Shown here: piece by piece, positions 7,972 through 15,693 of the stretch
Layout of the letters: each line of letters starts with the position of its first letter
Numbering within the stretch: position 1 is the stretch's first letter
DNA from: a virus
Lineage: Duplodnaviria; Caudoviricetes
Length of the DNA: 41,018 bases
Reading direction: 5' to 3' (one strand)
IMG/VR virus record: IMGVR_UViG_3300012943_000018
Coordinates: 1 to 41,018 of that record
Notes under the pieces: generated by a model
Seen by the model: the letters and a program-made list of their open reading frames with translations, nothing else
Database searches by the model: none
What the model was told of the DNA's origin: nothing
Translations under genes and position numbers: made by a program

Positions 7972-9668
7972 GGGATAAGGAAGGGCGATGCCTCGACTGT
8001 GCCGGCTCCGACGACCACGAGCTGACGCGTGGCGAGGAGCTGGATGTACTTGTCGCGAGTCGAGCGCTGGTAGTTCGTGGCCTCGGTAATCTCATCGCGG
8101 GAGAGCGGGCGGCCGGCATCGAGAAGCACGCGCAGGACCGCCGCCTCACCGCCGGGGAGAGTAGAGAGATGGTGGTTCGCGAGCTCGGCCGGGTCCGTCG
8201 GCATGGTCTGGTAGTCGTTTCCGAGCGCGGCGATGCCGGCTTCGGTCGCCTTCACTCGATCGCTGGCGAGCTCGACGAATCCCCTTCCTGTGAGGAGCTG
8301 AACGTACTTGTCGCGGGTCGAGCGCTTGTAGCCGGTCTGCACGGTGAGGTGCTGGCGCGTCATGCCTTCATCGAGGCTCGCGGCCGCCTTGAGGATGAGG
8401 AGCTCGCCTTTCGATGCGGCGCTCGTATCCGTGACCACGAGAGGAGCCGGAGTATGGGCGGGGCGCGCTGCGACTATAGGGACCATCTTCTGCTTCGGAG
8501 CGACGAGCTTCGTCTTGAGGCGTATAGGCCCTCCTGCCGGTTGCTTGAGGCCCTTCACCGCCATCTGGCCGTCATGGAGTATCTGCAAAAGCGAGAAAGC
8601 GTAGCTCTTCCATTCCTCGAGAGCGTTGCCGGCGCTCTTCTCGAGCTCTTCCTGAAGCTGTTTGCGGTACGGCTCGAGCATGACGAGAAGCTCGCGCTCG
8701 GTCGGCGGCTCTTTCACCTTCTCGATCTTGGTCTCGGTGCGGACCGGAGGACCGGCCTTGAGCTGCGCCTTCAGGTTGCGGATCTCTGTCTTGAACTCGG
8801 CGATAGTGCGCGCCTCTTTCTCCGCCTCTTCCGGGATATCCTTGAGGCCGGCGAGGATGCTCTTCACCTTCGCCGATGGCGGCGCGATCTTGATGGAGCG
8901 GCCGGTCCCACGCTTCGGCGGCGGGATGCTGACGGCCCCGATCTGCGTCTTCACGACCTCGTGCGATAGCGCGGGGCCGAACGCATAGAACTCGCCCGGC
9001 TCGAGGTTGCGGAGCGAGAGGACCTCTTCCTTCGTGTTGAACCCGAGCTCTTCTGCGGAACGCTTGCGGTCGATATCAAGGGACGCGCGGCCGATGAGCT
9101 TGTTATTGCATTCGGCAACCACGTCCTTCGAGAGCTTCGAGGGACGCTGGGTAGCAGGGATGAGGCAGTAGCCGCGCTTACGGCCGAGGCTCGCCATGTC
9201 GATGACGCTCGTGAGCGCGATGCTCTCGCCCTGGCCCTTCTCCGGAGCGAACTTGTGAGCCTCGTCGAGGATGATGAAGCAGTCGGTCCATAGCTCCTTC
9301 GGCATATTCACGAGCGCCTCCATGAAGTTCTTCACGAAGGCGTGGCGCTCGCTTCCGAGCTCGTAGATGTCGATGATAGCGTTCGCCTTCGTCTCGAGGA
9401 GCTTGCGCGCGAGGAGCGCGGCGGTGCGCGGCGACGCGACCGCATCGCCTCCTTCCTTCGCGATGTACACGAAGTCGTAGCCGGAGCGCATATTTCCGAA
9501 CTCTCCCTCCGGGTCGAGAATGATGATCTGCTTCTTGCCGAATGACTGCTCGATGAAACGGCGGAGCGTATAGGACTTCCCGCCGCCCGAGTTCGCTTGC
9601 ACGAGCATACGGCTCTCGATAGCCTTGTCGAGATCGAGCTGGACACCTGTGCCGAGGTTTATTTTCAT
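7968..9668 (-). CDS. HerA/DUF87-like P-loop ATPase with C-terminal winged-helix repeats
   Basis: ANSGGGKS, ILDPEGEF, ILDEAHKFAPE, GRKRG and ATQRP; duplicated YKRSTRDKYVQLL / YQRSTRDKYIQLL segments. Confidence 0.85.
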   Translation of the reverse strand: MKINLGTGVQLDLDKAIESRMLVQANSGGGKSYTLRRFIEQSFGKKQIIILDPEGEFGNMRSGYDFVYIAKEGGDAVASPRTAALLARKLLETKANAIIDIYELGSERHAFVKNFMEALVNMPKELWTDCFIILDEAHKFAPEKGQGESIALTSVIDMASLGRKRGYCLIPATQRPSKLSKDVVAECNNKLIGRASLDIDRKRSAEELGFNTKEEVLSLRNLEPGEFYAFGPALSHEVVKTQIGAVSIPPPKRGTGRSIKIAPPSAKVKSILAGLKDIPEEAEKEARTIAEFKTEIRNLKAQLKAGPPVRTETKIEKVKEPPTERELLVMLEPYRKQLQEELEKSAGNALEEWKSYAFSLLQILHDGQMAVKGLKQPAGGPIRLKTKLVAPKQKMVPIVAARPAHTPAPLVVTDTSAASKGELLILKAAASLDEGMTRQHLTVQTGYKRSTRDKYVQLLTGRGFVELASDRVKATEAGIAALGNDYQTMPTDPAELANHHLSTLPGGEAAVLRVLLDAGRPLSRDEITEATNYQRSTRDKYIQLLATRQLVVVGAGTVEASPFLIP

Positions 9669-10366
9669 AGAGGGTTGAAGGTTGCTACTACGGCGTTGAA
9701 CGCGTTCGGGTCGAAGGCGCGCTCGAGATCGATGCGCTTCAGGCCCTCATCGTAGAAGTACGGATACATTGCGAGCCCTTCCATGATGGAACGCTTGAAT
9801 CCCTCGAGGTCGCCGAGATGCCACGGGGTATGGAGAGAGAGATGGATGGTCGGCTGGAACGTCTCGAGCGTGAGCGCGCTTCCCTTGAAGATATCCTTCT
9901 CGCCGCCCTCTATGTCGATCTTGATGAAGGACGGCTGGATGTCCATGACGACCGCCTGGAACGCGGCAGCGGCTATCTTGCGGTCCCCAGGGCGGCCCCA
10001 CAGCGATGAGCTCATCGAGTCGCCGTAGCCGGTGCGCGGTCCGAACGGTATCCCCTTCCAGTCGTTCGCGACGGCTATCTGGTACGGGATGATGTTCTCC
10101 CTGCGGTTCAGCTCGATGTTCTTCACGAGCGAGGCGAAGGCCACAGGGTCAGGCTCGAAGGCGAATATCTCCTTGCATCGCGATGCCGCATAGAGCGCGG
10201 TCGGGCCGATCCATGCGCCGATGTCGAGCATCCGGCCCTCCTTCTTGAGGAAGGCGTCGAAGATGCGGAACGTGGAAGGCTCCCACGTGCCGTTCGCAAA
10301 GCCGGGCCAGAACCAGTCGTGTCCCTCGGCTACTTCGTATATGTCGTTCTCGCGGTTTATTTGCAT
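9665..10366 (-). CDS. FkbM-family SAM-dependent methyltransferase
   Basis: LDIGAWIG, AFEPDP and IKIDIEGGE; likely start MQINREND in cctATG context. Confidence 0.9.
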   Translation of the reverse strand: MQINRENDIYEVAEGHDWFWPGFANGTWEPSTFRIFDAFLKKEGRMLDIGAWIGPTALYAASRCKEIFAFEPDPVAFASLVKNIELNRRENIIPYQIAVANDWKGIPFGPRTGYGDSMSSSLWGRPGDRKIAAAAFQAVVMDIQPSFIKIDIEGGEKDIFKGSALTLETFQPTIHLSLHTPWHLGDLEGFKRSIMEGLAMYPYFYDEGLKRIDLERAFDPNAFNAVVATFNPL

Positions 10367-10369
10367 AGG

Positions 10370-10422
10370 TTCATAGAGGGATTTCCTCATCAGGAAGCCG
10401 GACGTATCCGGCTCCCTATGAA
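10370..10422 (-). other. Predicted three-way-junction RNA structure directly upstream of the FkbM start
   Basis: TTCAT..AGGGA/TCCCT-ATGAA closes the hairpins TTCCT-catc-AGGAA and GCCGGA-cgta-TCCGGC (plus-strand spelling). Confidence 0.5.
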
Positions 10423-10431
10423 GAGGCGAGC

Positions 10432-10539
10432 TTACTCGCCGGCTTCTGCTGGGGCTTCTTCAGCGCCGTCGGCTGCGGCAGACTCTTCAGCCTCCTCGCC
10501 TTCAGCACCTTCCACCTTCTCTTCTTCTTGTTCTCCCAT
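10432..10539 (-). CDS. 35-aa hyper-acidic peptide (not in the ORF track)
   Basis: MGEQEEEKVEGAEGEEAEESAAADGAEEAPAEAGE; fills the gap co-oriented with its neighbours. Confidence 0.65.
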   Translation of the reverse strand: MGEQEEEKVEGAEGEEAEESAAADGAEEAPAEAGE

Positions 10540-10613
10540 CGTAAGGAATCGTTTAGCTAATCATGCGCCCAATAAGAAGGGGAAACGGTCTCCCCTCCCT
10601 ATGGTCTCACGAA

Positions 10614-10829
10614 CTAGCGTACTTTCTTCTTGAGCTCGGCAACGCGCTTTTCAGCGGCGGCAAGCTCTCGTGCTGCCTTGCGCTCTTCGTAGAGCGTTTT
10701 CACGGCCGCCTGCACAGAGGGAAGGTCATAGTCAGCGACGAGCTTCCGGACTGCGGGGAGTACGGCACGGATGCGTGCGCGATGCTCCTCGAGCGCTGAC
10801 TTTTTCGCTACCTTGTTCTTGATCTTCAT
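10614..10829 (-). CDS. Small basic helical hypothetical protein
   Basis: 71-aa ORF in operon context with cctATG start. Confidence 0.7.
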   Translation of the reverse strand: MKIKNKVAKKSALEEHRARIRAVLPAVRKLVADYDLPSVQAAVKTLYEERKAARELAAAEKRVAELKKKVR

Positions 10830-10832
10830 AGG

Positions 10833-11762
10833 CTAGCGTCCGCGTCCGAGGCGGCGAGGGCCGGCGGCCGGCGTCTCACCGCGAAACGGGAGGTCGTCGT
10901 CGCTGATCTCCTCGTCCTTGCCGGGGATGGCGTTGAACTCGGCATCGGCGCGCGCCTTCTCCGCGCTCATGCCGCGGCGCTGGCGGATGACCTCGTGCAT
11001 CTCCTTGATGAAGTCGCGGACCAGGCCGGCTTCCTCATCGGTGATAGGACGGACCTTCTCGAAGGTCATCTGGTTCCAGTTGATCGTGCCCGACTCCTTG
11101 TACTCGGAATCGAAGCGCGTCACGAAGGCGTTCACGCCAGGCTGCGTCTTGCGGACGTACGTCATATAGGCGTACATCGACGTGCCGCGCAGGTTCATCT
11201 GGTAGAACTCGCCCTCGTAGAGCACGTACACGAGGCGGTTGTCCTCGAGGTCGGACTTCGGCTTTCCGGCCTTCGTCACGCCCGGATACTTCGGCTTGAG
11301 CTGCGCCGGCGTGCCCTCGTCGACCTGCGCTCCCGCGCAGAAGAGCTTCACGACCTCGTTATCGTCATCGTAGACGGTCGAGCTCGTGTAGGTCTCGGTA
11401 TCCTTGTCGAAATACTTGAGCTGCTTGCGCTGGAAGGCGATGACCGCCTCGAAGCTCTCGCCGAGCTCGGTGCGCTCCCATACCTTCTTCGTGCCGGTCT
11501 TCTTGCCGGTCTTCTCGTCGATCACGTCCTCCTCCTCGTCGGTCTCCTTCTCGAGGTAGAACGTACCGGCTTCGGTGATGACCCGGATCTCCTTCTTGCC
11601 GGTCTTCGGATTCTTGAACGTCTCGGTGATGTCCTGGGACACGAGGCCGAGGCGGGGGAAGGAGACGGACGTGAAGCCCGGCTCCGTCGGGAACTGTTGC
11701 GCCAGCTCCGCGAGCGTCTCTTCGCTTGCGGACTTGACGATTGCGGTTTCTTTCTTTGCCAT
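10833..11762 (-). CDS. Putative single-stranded DNA-binding / recombination protein
   Basis: beta-rich core and acidic tail EISDDDLPF typical of phage SSBs; has its own promoter. Confidence 0.55.
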   Translation of the reverse strand: MAKKETAIVKSASEETLAELAQQFPTEPGFTSVSFPRLGLVSQDITETFKNPKTGKKEIRVITEAGTFYLEKETDEEEDVIDEKTGKKTGTKKVWERTELGESFEAVIAFQRKQLKYFDKDTETYTSSTVYDDDNEVVKLFCAGAQVDEGTPAQLKPKYPGVTKAGKPKSDLEDNRLVYVLYEGEFYQMNLRGTSMYAYMTYVRKTQPGVNAFVTRFDSEYKESGTINWNQMTFEKVRPITDEEAGLVRDFIKEMHEVIRQRRGMSAEKARADAEFNAIPGKDEEISDDDLPFRGETPAAGPRRLGRGR

Positions 11763-11813
11763 AGTTATCGAATAGTTATCGGTTATATTATCGTCATTTT
11801 CTTTCGAGCATGA

Positions 11814-11866
11814 CTTCCGTCATTATACTTCCGTCATCGGCCGCCCGCAAACCCTCCTGTGGATAT
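11814..11866 (-). promoter_or_regulatory. sigma70 promoter with two operators flanking the -10 box and a DnaA-box-like site
   Basis: TTGCGG (11845-11850), 17 nt, TATAAT (11822-11827); CTTCCGTCAT at 11814-11823 and 11828-11837; TGTGGATAT at 11858-11866. Confidence 0.7.
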
Positions 11867-12128
11867 CCGCCGAGATCTCCGCGAGCCGCTCCCGGTGCGC
11901 GATGAGCTCCGGGGATACGCAGGGCGGGTACGGCGTGAGCATGGCCAGAGCCGTAGCCACAAGGTCATCCGAGCGCTCGACCCCGGCGTATCCTTTCCAC
12001 TTTCCGAGGACCGGGAACACGTCGATATAGCCGTCCTCGCCGCGCACGCGGTACTTGATCGGCGAAAGGCGCAGGCAGATGAAGCCGGCCTCGTTGAACA
12101 TCTTCTTAGTATCGTCGCGGTCGTTCAT
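11823..12128 (-). CDS. Hypothetical protein
   Basis: ORF MNDRDDTKKMFNEAG... in operon context. Confidence 0.6.
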   Translation of the reverse strand: MNDRDDTKKMFNEAGFICLRLSPIKYRVRGEDGYIDVFPVLGKWKGYAGVERSDDLVATALAMLTPYPPCVSPELIAHRERLAEISADIHRRVCGRPMTEV

Positions 12129-12267
12129 GGGTGAGGTGATAGTAGTGGCACTTCGGGCATTGGTAGACGCGCAGGTAGCCTCGCTCATGCGCGCGGATGT
12201 TCCGGATGCGCTTCGCCTCCTTCACGGACTTGTACTGGTTCTTTCCGCTGAAGGGGCATTTCGTCAT
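12106..12267 (-). CDS. Small zinc-finger protein (53 aa, not in the ORF track)
   Basis: MTKCPFSGK...RVYQCPKCHYYHLT; ATGA coupling to the upstream gene. Confidence 0.7.
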   Translation of the reverse strand: MTKCPFSGKNQYKSVKEAKRIRNIRAHERGYLRVYQCPKCHYYHLTHERPRRY

Positions 12268-12569
12268 AGCTGTCCGTTGCGGTGAGCGTGAAGGCTCGAC
12301 ATCTTCGTGAGGAACTCCACGAAGAGCGCGCGCAGCATGACGCGTTGCTCCCGATGGTTCACGTAAAGCTGGCCGAGATGGACCCTAGACTCCGGCTTGC
12401 ACCAGCACAGGATGTCATCGGTATGCTCCGGCTCGTAGTGGATCTTCAGGAACTCGCGGTTGAACTCGACGATGAGCGCGGACTCCTCCGCATCCGGCTG
12501 ATGCACGATGAGCGGTTTCTCTTCCGGAGCGGCCGCCTCCTCCTTCTTCTTAGGCGTGCGCTTCGGCAT
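12264..12569 (-). CDS. Hypothetical protein with a His/Cys motif
   Basis: EH....CWCKP...VNH; operon context. Confidence 0.65.
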   Translation of the reverse strand: MPKRTPKKKEEAAAPEEKPLIVHQPDAEESALIVEFNREFLKIHYEPEHTDDILCWCKPESRVHLGQLYVNHREQRVMLRALFVEFLTKMSSLHAHRNGQL

Positions 12570-13140
12570 AGGCTTTCATCTCCTTTACGCGCTTCTCGAT
12601 GCGGACCCCGAAATCGAGGATGTCGCGCATCGTGCGCTTGGTATAGAACGTCTGCGGCACGCACGGCTCGACGAGCTGGATGGTGAAGTCGCCGCGCTCT
12701 TCGGTCGGAAGCCAATGGATGCCGCACTCGAACTCCTCCGGCCGGATCTTCTTCGTGAGCCAGATGAGGAGGAGGTACATCGTGAGCTGCCCGGTCTCGT
12801 CGGCGCGCTTCTGGTCCCATGCCTTCTTCCCGGTCTTGAGATCGAAGAGCTTGAAAAGCTCGAACGATACATCGTCCGGCACGCCGACCAGCTCGAGCTT
12901 CCCGAGCTTCGCCTTCATCTTGTACTGAAGGAGCCCGTGTCGCGGCAGATCCGGAAGGAATGCCGGGTCGTCCTGGAACTGCTGGTCGATCACGGAACCG
13001 AACTCGAGCTCGCGCGTCGACTGGCGCTTGCCGAGAATGTACGTCTCGAACCATTGCTCCGGGTCCCACTCGAAGGACGAGATACAGGACCAGGAGACCG
13101 GCTTCTTGAGCCACTCCTCTATTTCCTTTTGATACTTCAT
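12550..13140 (-). CDS. PD-(D/E)XK exonuclease-like protein
   Basis: SWSCISSF, GVPDD, DLKTGK and QLTMY motifs. Confidence 0.75.
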   Translation of the reverse strand: MKYQKEIEEWLKKPVSWSCISSFEWDPEQWFETYILGKRQSTRELEFGSVIDQQFQDDPAFLPDLPRHGLLQYKMKAKLGKLELVGVPDDVSFELFKLFDLKTGKKAWDQKRADETGQLTMYLLLIWLTKKIRPEEFECGIHWLPTEERGDFTIQLVEPCVPQTFYTKRTMRDILDFGVRIEKRVKEMKAYAEAHA

Positions 13141-13289
13141 ACAAGGGCTTTAAGGATCTCTCCGATCATATAGATGACGACGAAGACAGGCGCAGCGAAG
13201 ATCATCACGATCACGAATAGGGCGAACAGACCGAGGAGCGCGAGCGCTACGCAACCAACGCAGAGGAAGAAGAAGCTGACCTTATCCAT
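13137..13289 (-). CDS. Small membrane protein (50 aa, not in the ORF track)
   Basis: MDKVSFFFLCVGCVALALLGLFALFVIVMIFAAPVFVVIYMIGEILKALV; overlaps both neighbours. Confidence 0.65.
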   Translation of the reverse strand: MDKVSFFFLCVGCVALALLGLFALFVIVMIFAAPVFVVIYMIGEILKALV

Positions 13290-13599
13290 GAGCATCTTTC
13301 TTAGAGCGCGGCTTGAGGCCCGTCTTCTTCCGCATCGGCATCCGGAGCTGGACCTTCTTCACCGGGAACGGCTCGCCGGCGCGCTTGCACGCCTTCACGA
13401 ACTCACGCTCGGCGTAGTTAGGACGGCCAATGGTCAGGATAATCTCGATGGTGGCATCCTTCGGCCCTCCGCTGTGCTTGTAGTTCTTCCTCGTCGCCCG
13501 CACGATATGGTTCGGCGCGAGGTACTTGGTCGCCTTCACCGCGTCGGTGCGGAGGAGGACTTCTATCGTATTGCTGATTGCGTTCATCGGTGTAGTCAT
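13282..13599 (-). CDS. Basic hypothetical protein
   Basis: 105-aa ORF with genome-typical codons. Confidence 0.7.
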   Translation of the reverse strand: MTTPMNAISNTIEVLLRTDAVKATKYLAPNHIVRATRKNYKHSGGPKDATIEIILTIGRPNYAEREFVKACKRAGEPFPVKKVQLRMPMRKKTGLKPRSKKDAHG

Positions 13600-13614
13600 G
13601 CCCTAAAGATAGGA

Positions 13615-13704
13615 TATTGAATACCGATGGTCAATATAGTTTTCCCCATACGGAAATACTCCCCGGAAAGGGGAGTATACTTGAGGCAGAAAGGAGGGTC
13701 CGTC
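13615..13704 (+). promoter_or_regulatory. Promoter and strong RBS of the counter-oriented mini-cassette
   Basis: Inverted repeat ATACTCCCC-ggaaa-GGGGAGTAT (13656-13678) overlaps TATACT (13676-13681); SD AGAAAGGAGGG at 13688-13698. Confidence 0.6.
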
Positions 13705-13884
13705 ATGCGTCAATGCCTTCGTTGCAGTACGCCTACGGGAAACGAGCCCGAATGCACCTGCGGTTCCAGGACGGTCGAGATCCAGCCGACGCTCCCGTTG
13801 CGTCTCCCGATGCAACGGCGCGATCAGCGGGACCTCTTCGAGGACCGGGTGGAACGGTTCATCCAGACAGACGAAAGGAGGTGA
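13705..13884 (+). CDS. 59-aa zinc-ribbon-like protein, counter-oriented
   Basis: MRQCLRC...ECTCGS; strong SD, own promoter and terminator. Confidence 0.7.
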   Translation: MRQCLRCSTPTGNEPECTCGSRTVEIQPTLPLRLPMQRRDQRDLFEDRVERFIQTDERR

Positions 13885-13889
13885 TCCAG
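13873..13889 (+). promoter_or_regulatory. 17-nt perfect complement of the 16S rRNA 3' end, overlapping the stop codon
   Basis: GAAAGGAGGTGATCCAG is the reverse complement of CTGGATCACCTCCTTTC. Confidence 0.85.
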
Positions 13890-13894
13890 TATCT

Positions 13895-13925
13895 CCCGCG
13901 CCGGACTTCGGCGCGGGTCTTTTTT
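13895..13925 (+). terminator. Intrinsic terminator
   Basis: CCCGCGCCG-gactt-CGGCGCGGG followed by TCTTTTTT. Confidence 0.85.
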
Positions 13926-14088
13926 AGTCGACGAACGTCGCGTGGCAATGCGGACACCCGGACGGCGTGAACCAGTTCAGGCGCTTGATGATGCGTCCGC
14001 AGGCGCGGACGTACCCGTTGCCGGGGCATCGCTCGAGCTTCCAGCCAGCGGCTATCTCCTCTTCGATGAGTACCGGGTCCTCGGTCAT
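13924..14088 (-). CDS. Small Cys-rich protein (54 aa, not in the ORF track)
   Basis: MTEDPVLIEEEIAAGWKLERCPG...AC...GCPHCHATFVD; ATGA coupling. Confidence 0.65.
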   Translation of the reverse strand: MTEDPVLIEEEIAAGWKLERCPGNGYVRACGRIIKRLNWFTPSGCPHCHATFVD

Positions 14089-14339
14089 ACGAGCACGAGC
14101 TTATAGCCGACGCCGCGCACCGTCTCGATGGCCTGCGCCTTTGGGAGCTTGCTGCGGATGTTCCGGATATGGACCGCCGCAAGGTTGCCGGCGTTCCAGT
14201 TGTTCGATACCTGCCCGTCCTTGCGGATGGTGTCGAGGATAGCGCCGATGTCGTCGGCCGTGACCGGTTCAGGCTTCGCTTTTACGAGGGCGTTGTATAT
14301 CTCCTGCTCGGCGCGCGTGTACTTGATAGGAGCGGCCAT
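14085..14339 (-). CDS. Stand-alone OmpR/PhoB-type winged-helix DNA-binding protein
   Basis: VHIRNIRSKL...IETVRGVGYKL signature of Trans_reg_C; no receiver domain. Confidence 0.85.
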   Translation of the reverse strand: MAAPIKYTRAEQEIYNALVKAKPEPVTADDIGAILDTIRKDGQVSNNWNAGNLAAVHIRNIRSKLPKAQAIETVRGVGYKLVLV

Positions 14340-14340
14340 A

Positions 14341-14790
14341 CTACGCGTCGGTGTTAGTACGAACTCCGTCATCGAGCGCCTCCCAGTCGATGCCGAACTT
14401 CTCGCACACGAAGATGAGCTTCTCCTTCCCGTAATGCTCATACGGTACGGCCTCGAGGCCATCGATGAGATCCTGATCCGCGGTGAGCCAGATCCATGCC
14501 TCCATGTGGTTGATGGATCGGTTCGCGGAAAGCCCGCGGCAGTCGTTCGCCTTCTCCCATGCGAAGGGCATGTAGTCCTTGATGGCGAGTGTGATGTTCT
14601 CGAGCGTTACCGGCTTATAGGTATCGGCCCACTGTTCCTCCGTAACCTCCGGCTTGAGAAATGCTTTCGCATTCTCGAAGGTGAGGAACTCGACGAGATC
14701 TCCTCGAGCGGCTCCCGAGAAATCCCGGTAGTCTTCCGCGAGATACTCGATGCGCTCTGCGATCTCTTCCTGTGTTCGTAATTCAGTCAT
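14341..14790 (-). CDS. Hypothetical protein
   Basis: 149-aa ORF in operon context. Confidence 0.75.
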   Translation of the reverse strand: MTELRTQEEIAERIEYLAEDYRDFSGAARGDLVEFLTFENAKAFLKPEVTEEQWADTYKPVTLENITLAIKDYMPFAWEKANDCRGLSANRSINHMEAWIWLTADQDLIDGLEAVPYEHYGKEKLIFVCEKFGIDWEALDDGVRTNTDA

Positions 14791-14792
14791 GG

Positions 14793-15038
14793 TTACTTCT
14801 CCTTAGGTGTAATGGTCCACTCGAACGAAGGGTTCGTGTCCTTCCAGACACAGGAGAACTCGTGGCTTCCGTCTCCGTTCGGATAGGCGCAGCCCGCGCC
14901 ACTCGCGCAATACTGGCTCGTATCCTTTTCGTACCCGCCCTTGATCATCTCGATCATCTGCTCGAGCACAGGGATGAACTCGTGTATCCCTTCAGTCGAC
15001 GATGCCTCGAGCTTCAGCTCCATTCGGTTGCCGGTCAT
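14793..15038 (-). CDS. Hypothetical protein
   Basis: 81-aa ORF with ATGA coupling. Confidence 0.65.
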   Translation of the reverse strand: MTGNRMELKLEASSTEGIHEFIPVLEQMIEMIKGGYEKDTSQYCASGAGCAYPNGDGSHEFSCVWKDTNPSFEWTITPKEK

Positions 15039-15391
15039 ACGAGGAAGCGGTCAGCATCCTTCACGGGAAGGAGGCCGGTGATCTTGTACTTGAGAGTCGA
15101 TGCCTCCCACGGGAGAGGATCTTTCTCAGTAGTCTCACGGAAATAAATCGAGAGGCCCTTGAGGTCGAGCAAGCTCTCGCGCAGCTGAAGGACTTCTTCG
15201 CGCGTGTGGTACGTCGTCCCGTTGAGGGTTCCGATACCGACGAGCGCGAGGCGGCCGTTCATGAACATCGAGCTATACCCGAGGAGCACACCGTTCTCGA
15301 GAACGTCGAGCTCCGTGAAGTCCTGTCCTTTGTCCTCGAGCTCGATCGTGAGGACGACCTTCTTTCCTTTGCGGAAGTCTTGAATAGCCAT
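15035..15391 (-). CDS. Hypothetical protein
   Basis: 118-aa ORF in operon context. Confidence 0.7.
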   Translation of the reverse strand: MAIQDFRKGKKVVLTIELEDKGQDFTELDVLENGVLLGYSSMFMNGRLALVGIGTLNGTTYHTREEVLQLRESLLDLKGLSIYFRETTEKDPLPWEASTLKYKITGLLPVKDADRFLV

Positions 15392-15392
15392 A

Positions 15393-15584
15393 CTAGAAGA
15401 GCTCCGGGTTTACGGCATGGAGAAGGCCGGGAAGAACGAAGTAATGAAATGCGATAGCTGCGATGGCGAGGATCGCAATGATAGCGATGCGACGATTCTC
15501 GCGGCGGCGAGCCTGACCCGCGCGGAACTTCGTGAGGTCCGGAGCGAGGTACTTGCGATCGAATGCGGTGATGGAATGAGTCAT
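15393..15584 (-). CDS. Small membrane-anchored protein
   Basis: Basic patch followed by IAIIAILAIAAIAFHYFVL; first gene after a promoter. Confidence 0.7.
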   Translation of the reverse strand: MTHSITAFDRKYLAPDLTKFRAGQARRRENRRIAIIAILAIAAIAFHYFVLPGLLHAVNPELF

Positions 15585-15637
15585 GGTTTGCGGTTTAAGT
15601 TATCGGTTTTTTATCGGTTCGTATTTCTACATTCTTC

Positions 15638-15693
15638 ATAATACTCGGATCTATTCTTCCGTCAAATGCAGAAATGACGGAAGTGTGGATAAC
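15638..15693 (-). promoter_or_regulatory. sigma70 promoter with an inverted operator pair and a perfect DnaA box
   Basis: TTGACG (15660-15665), 16 nt, TATTAT (15638-15643); CTTCCGTCA at 15656-15664; ATGACGGAAG at 15674-15683; TGTGGATAA at 15684-15692. Confidence 0.75.

Noticed and set aside
6974-8149. 391-aa ORF from the track
   Set aside because: It joins an off-frame shadow of the ATPase and exonuclease genes to the Dam N-terminal half; the real start is at 7423
10378-10400. CTGATGAG-GAAA on the minus strand resembling a hammerhead ribozyme core
   Set aside because: There is no stem II between CUGAUGA and GAAA and no correctly placed NUH cleavage triplet; the bases instead form the TTCCT/AGGAA hairpin
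10390-10402. CGGCTTCCTG resembling the SAM/SAH riboswitch loop upstream of a methyltransferase
   Set aside because: The flanking GUCAC/GUGAC stem and the pseudoknot partner are absent
13873-13889. rRNA gene fragment or 16S primer contamination
   Set aside because: The match stops after 17 nt and diverges from the primer continuation (CCGCA); it is integrated with an ORF stop and a terminator
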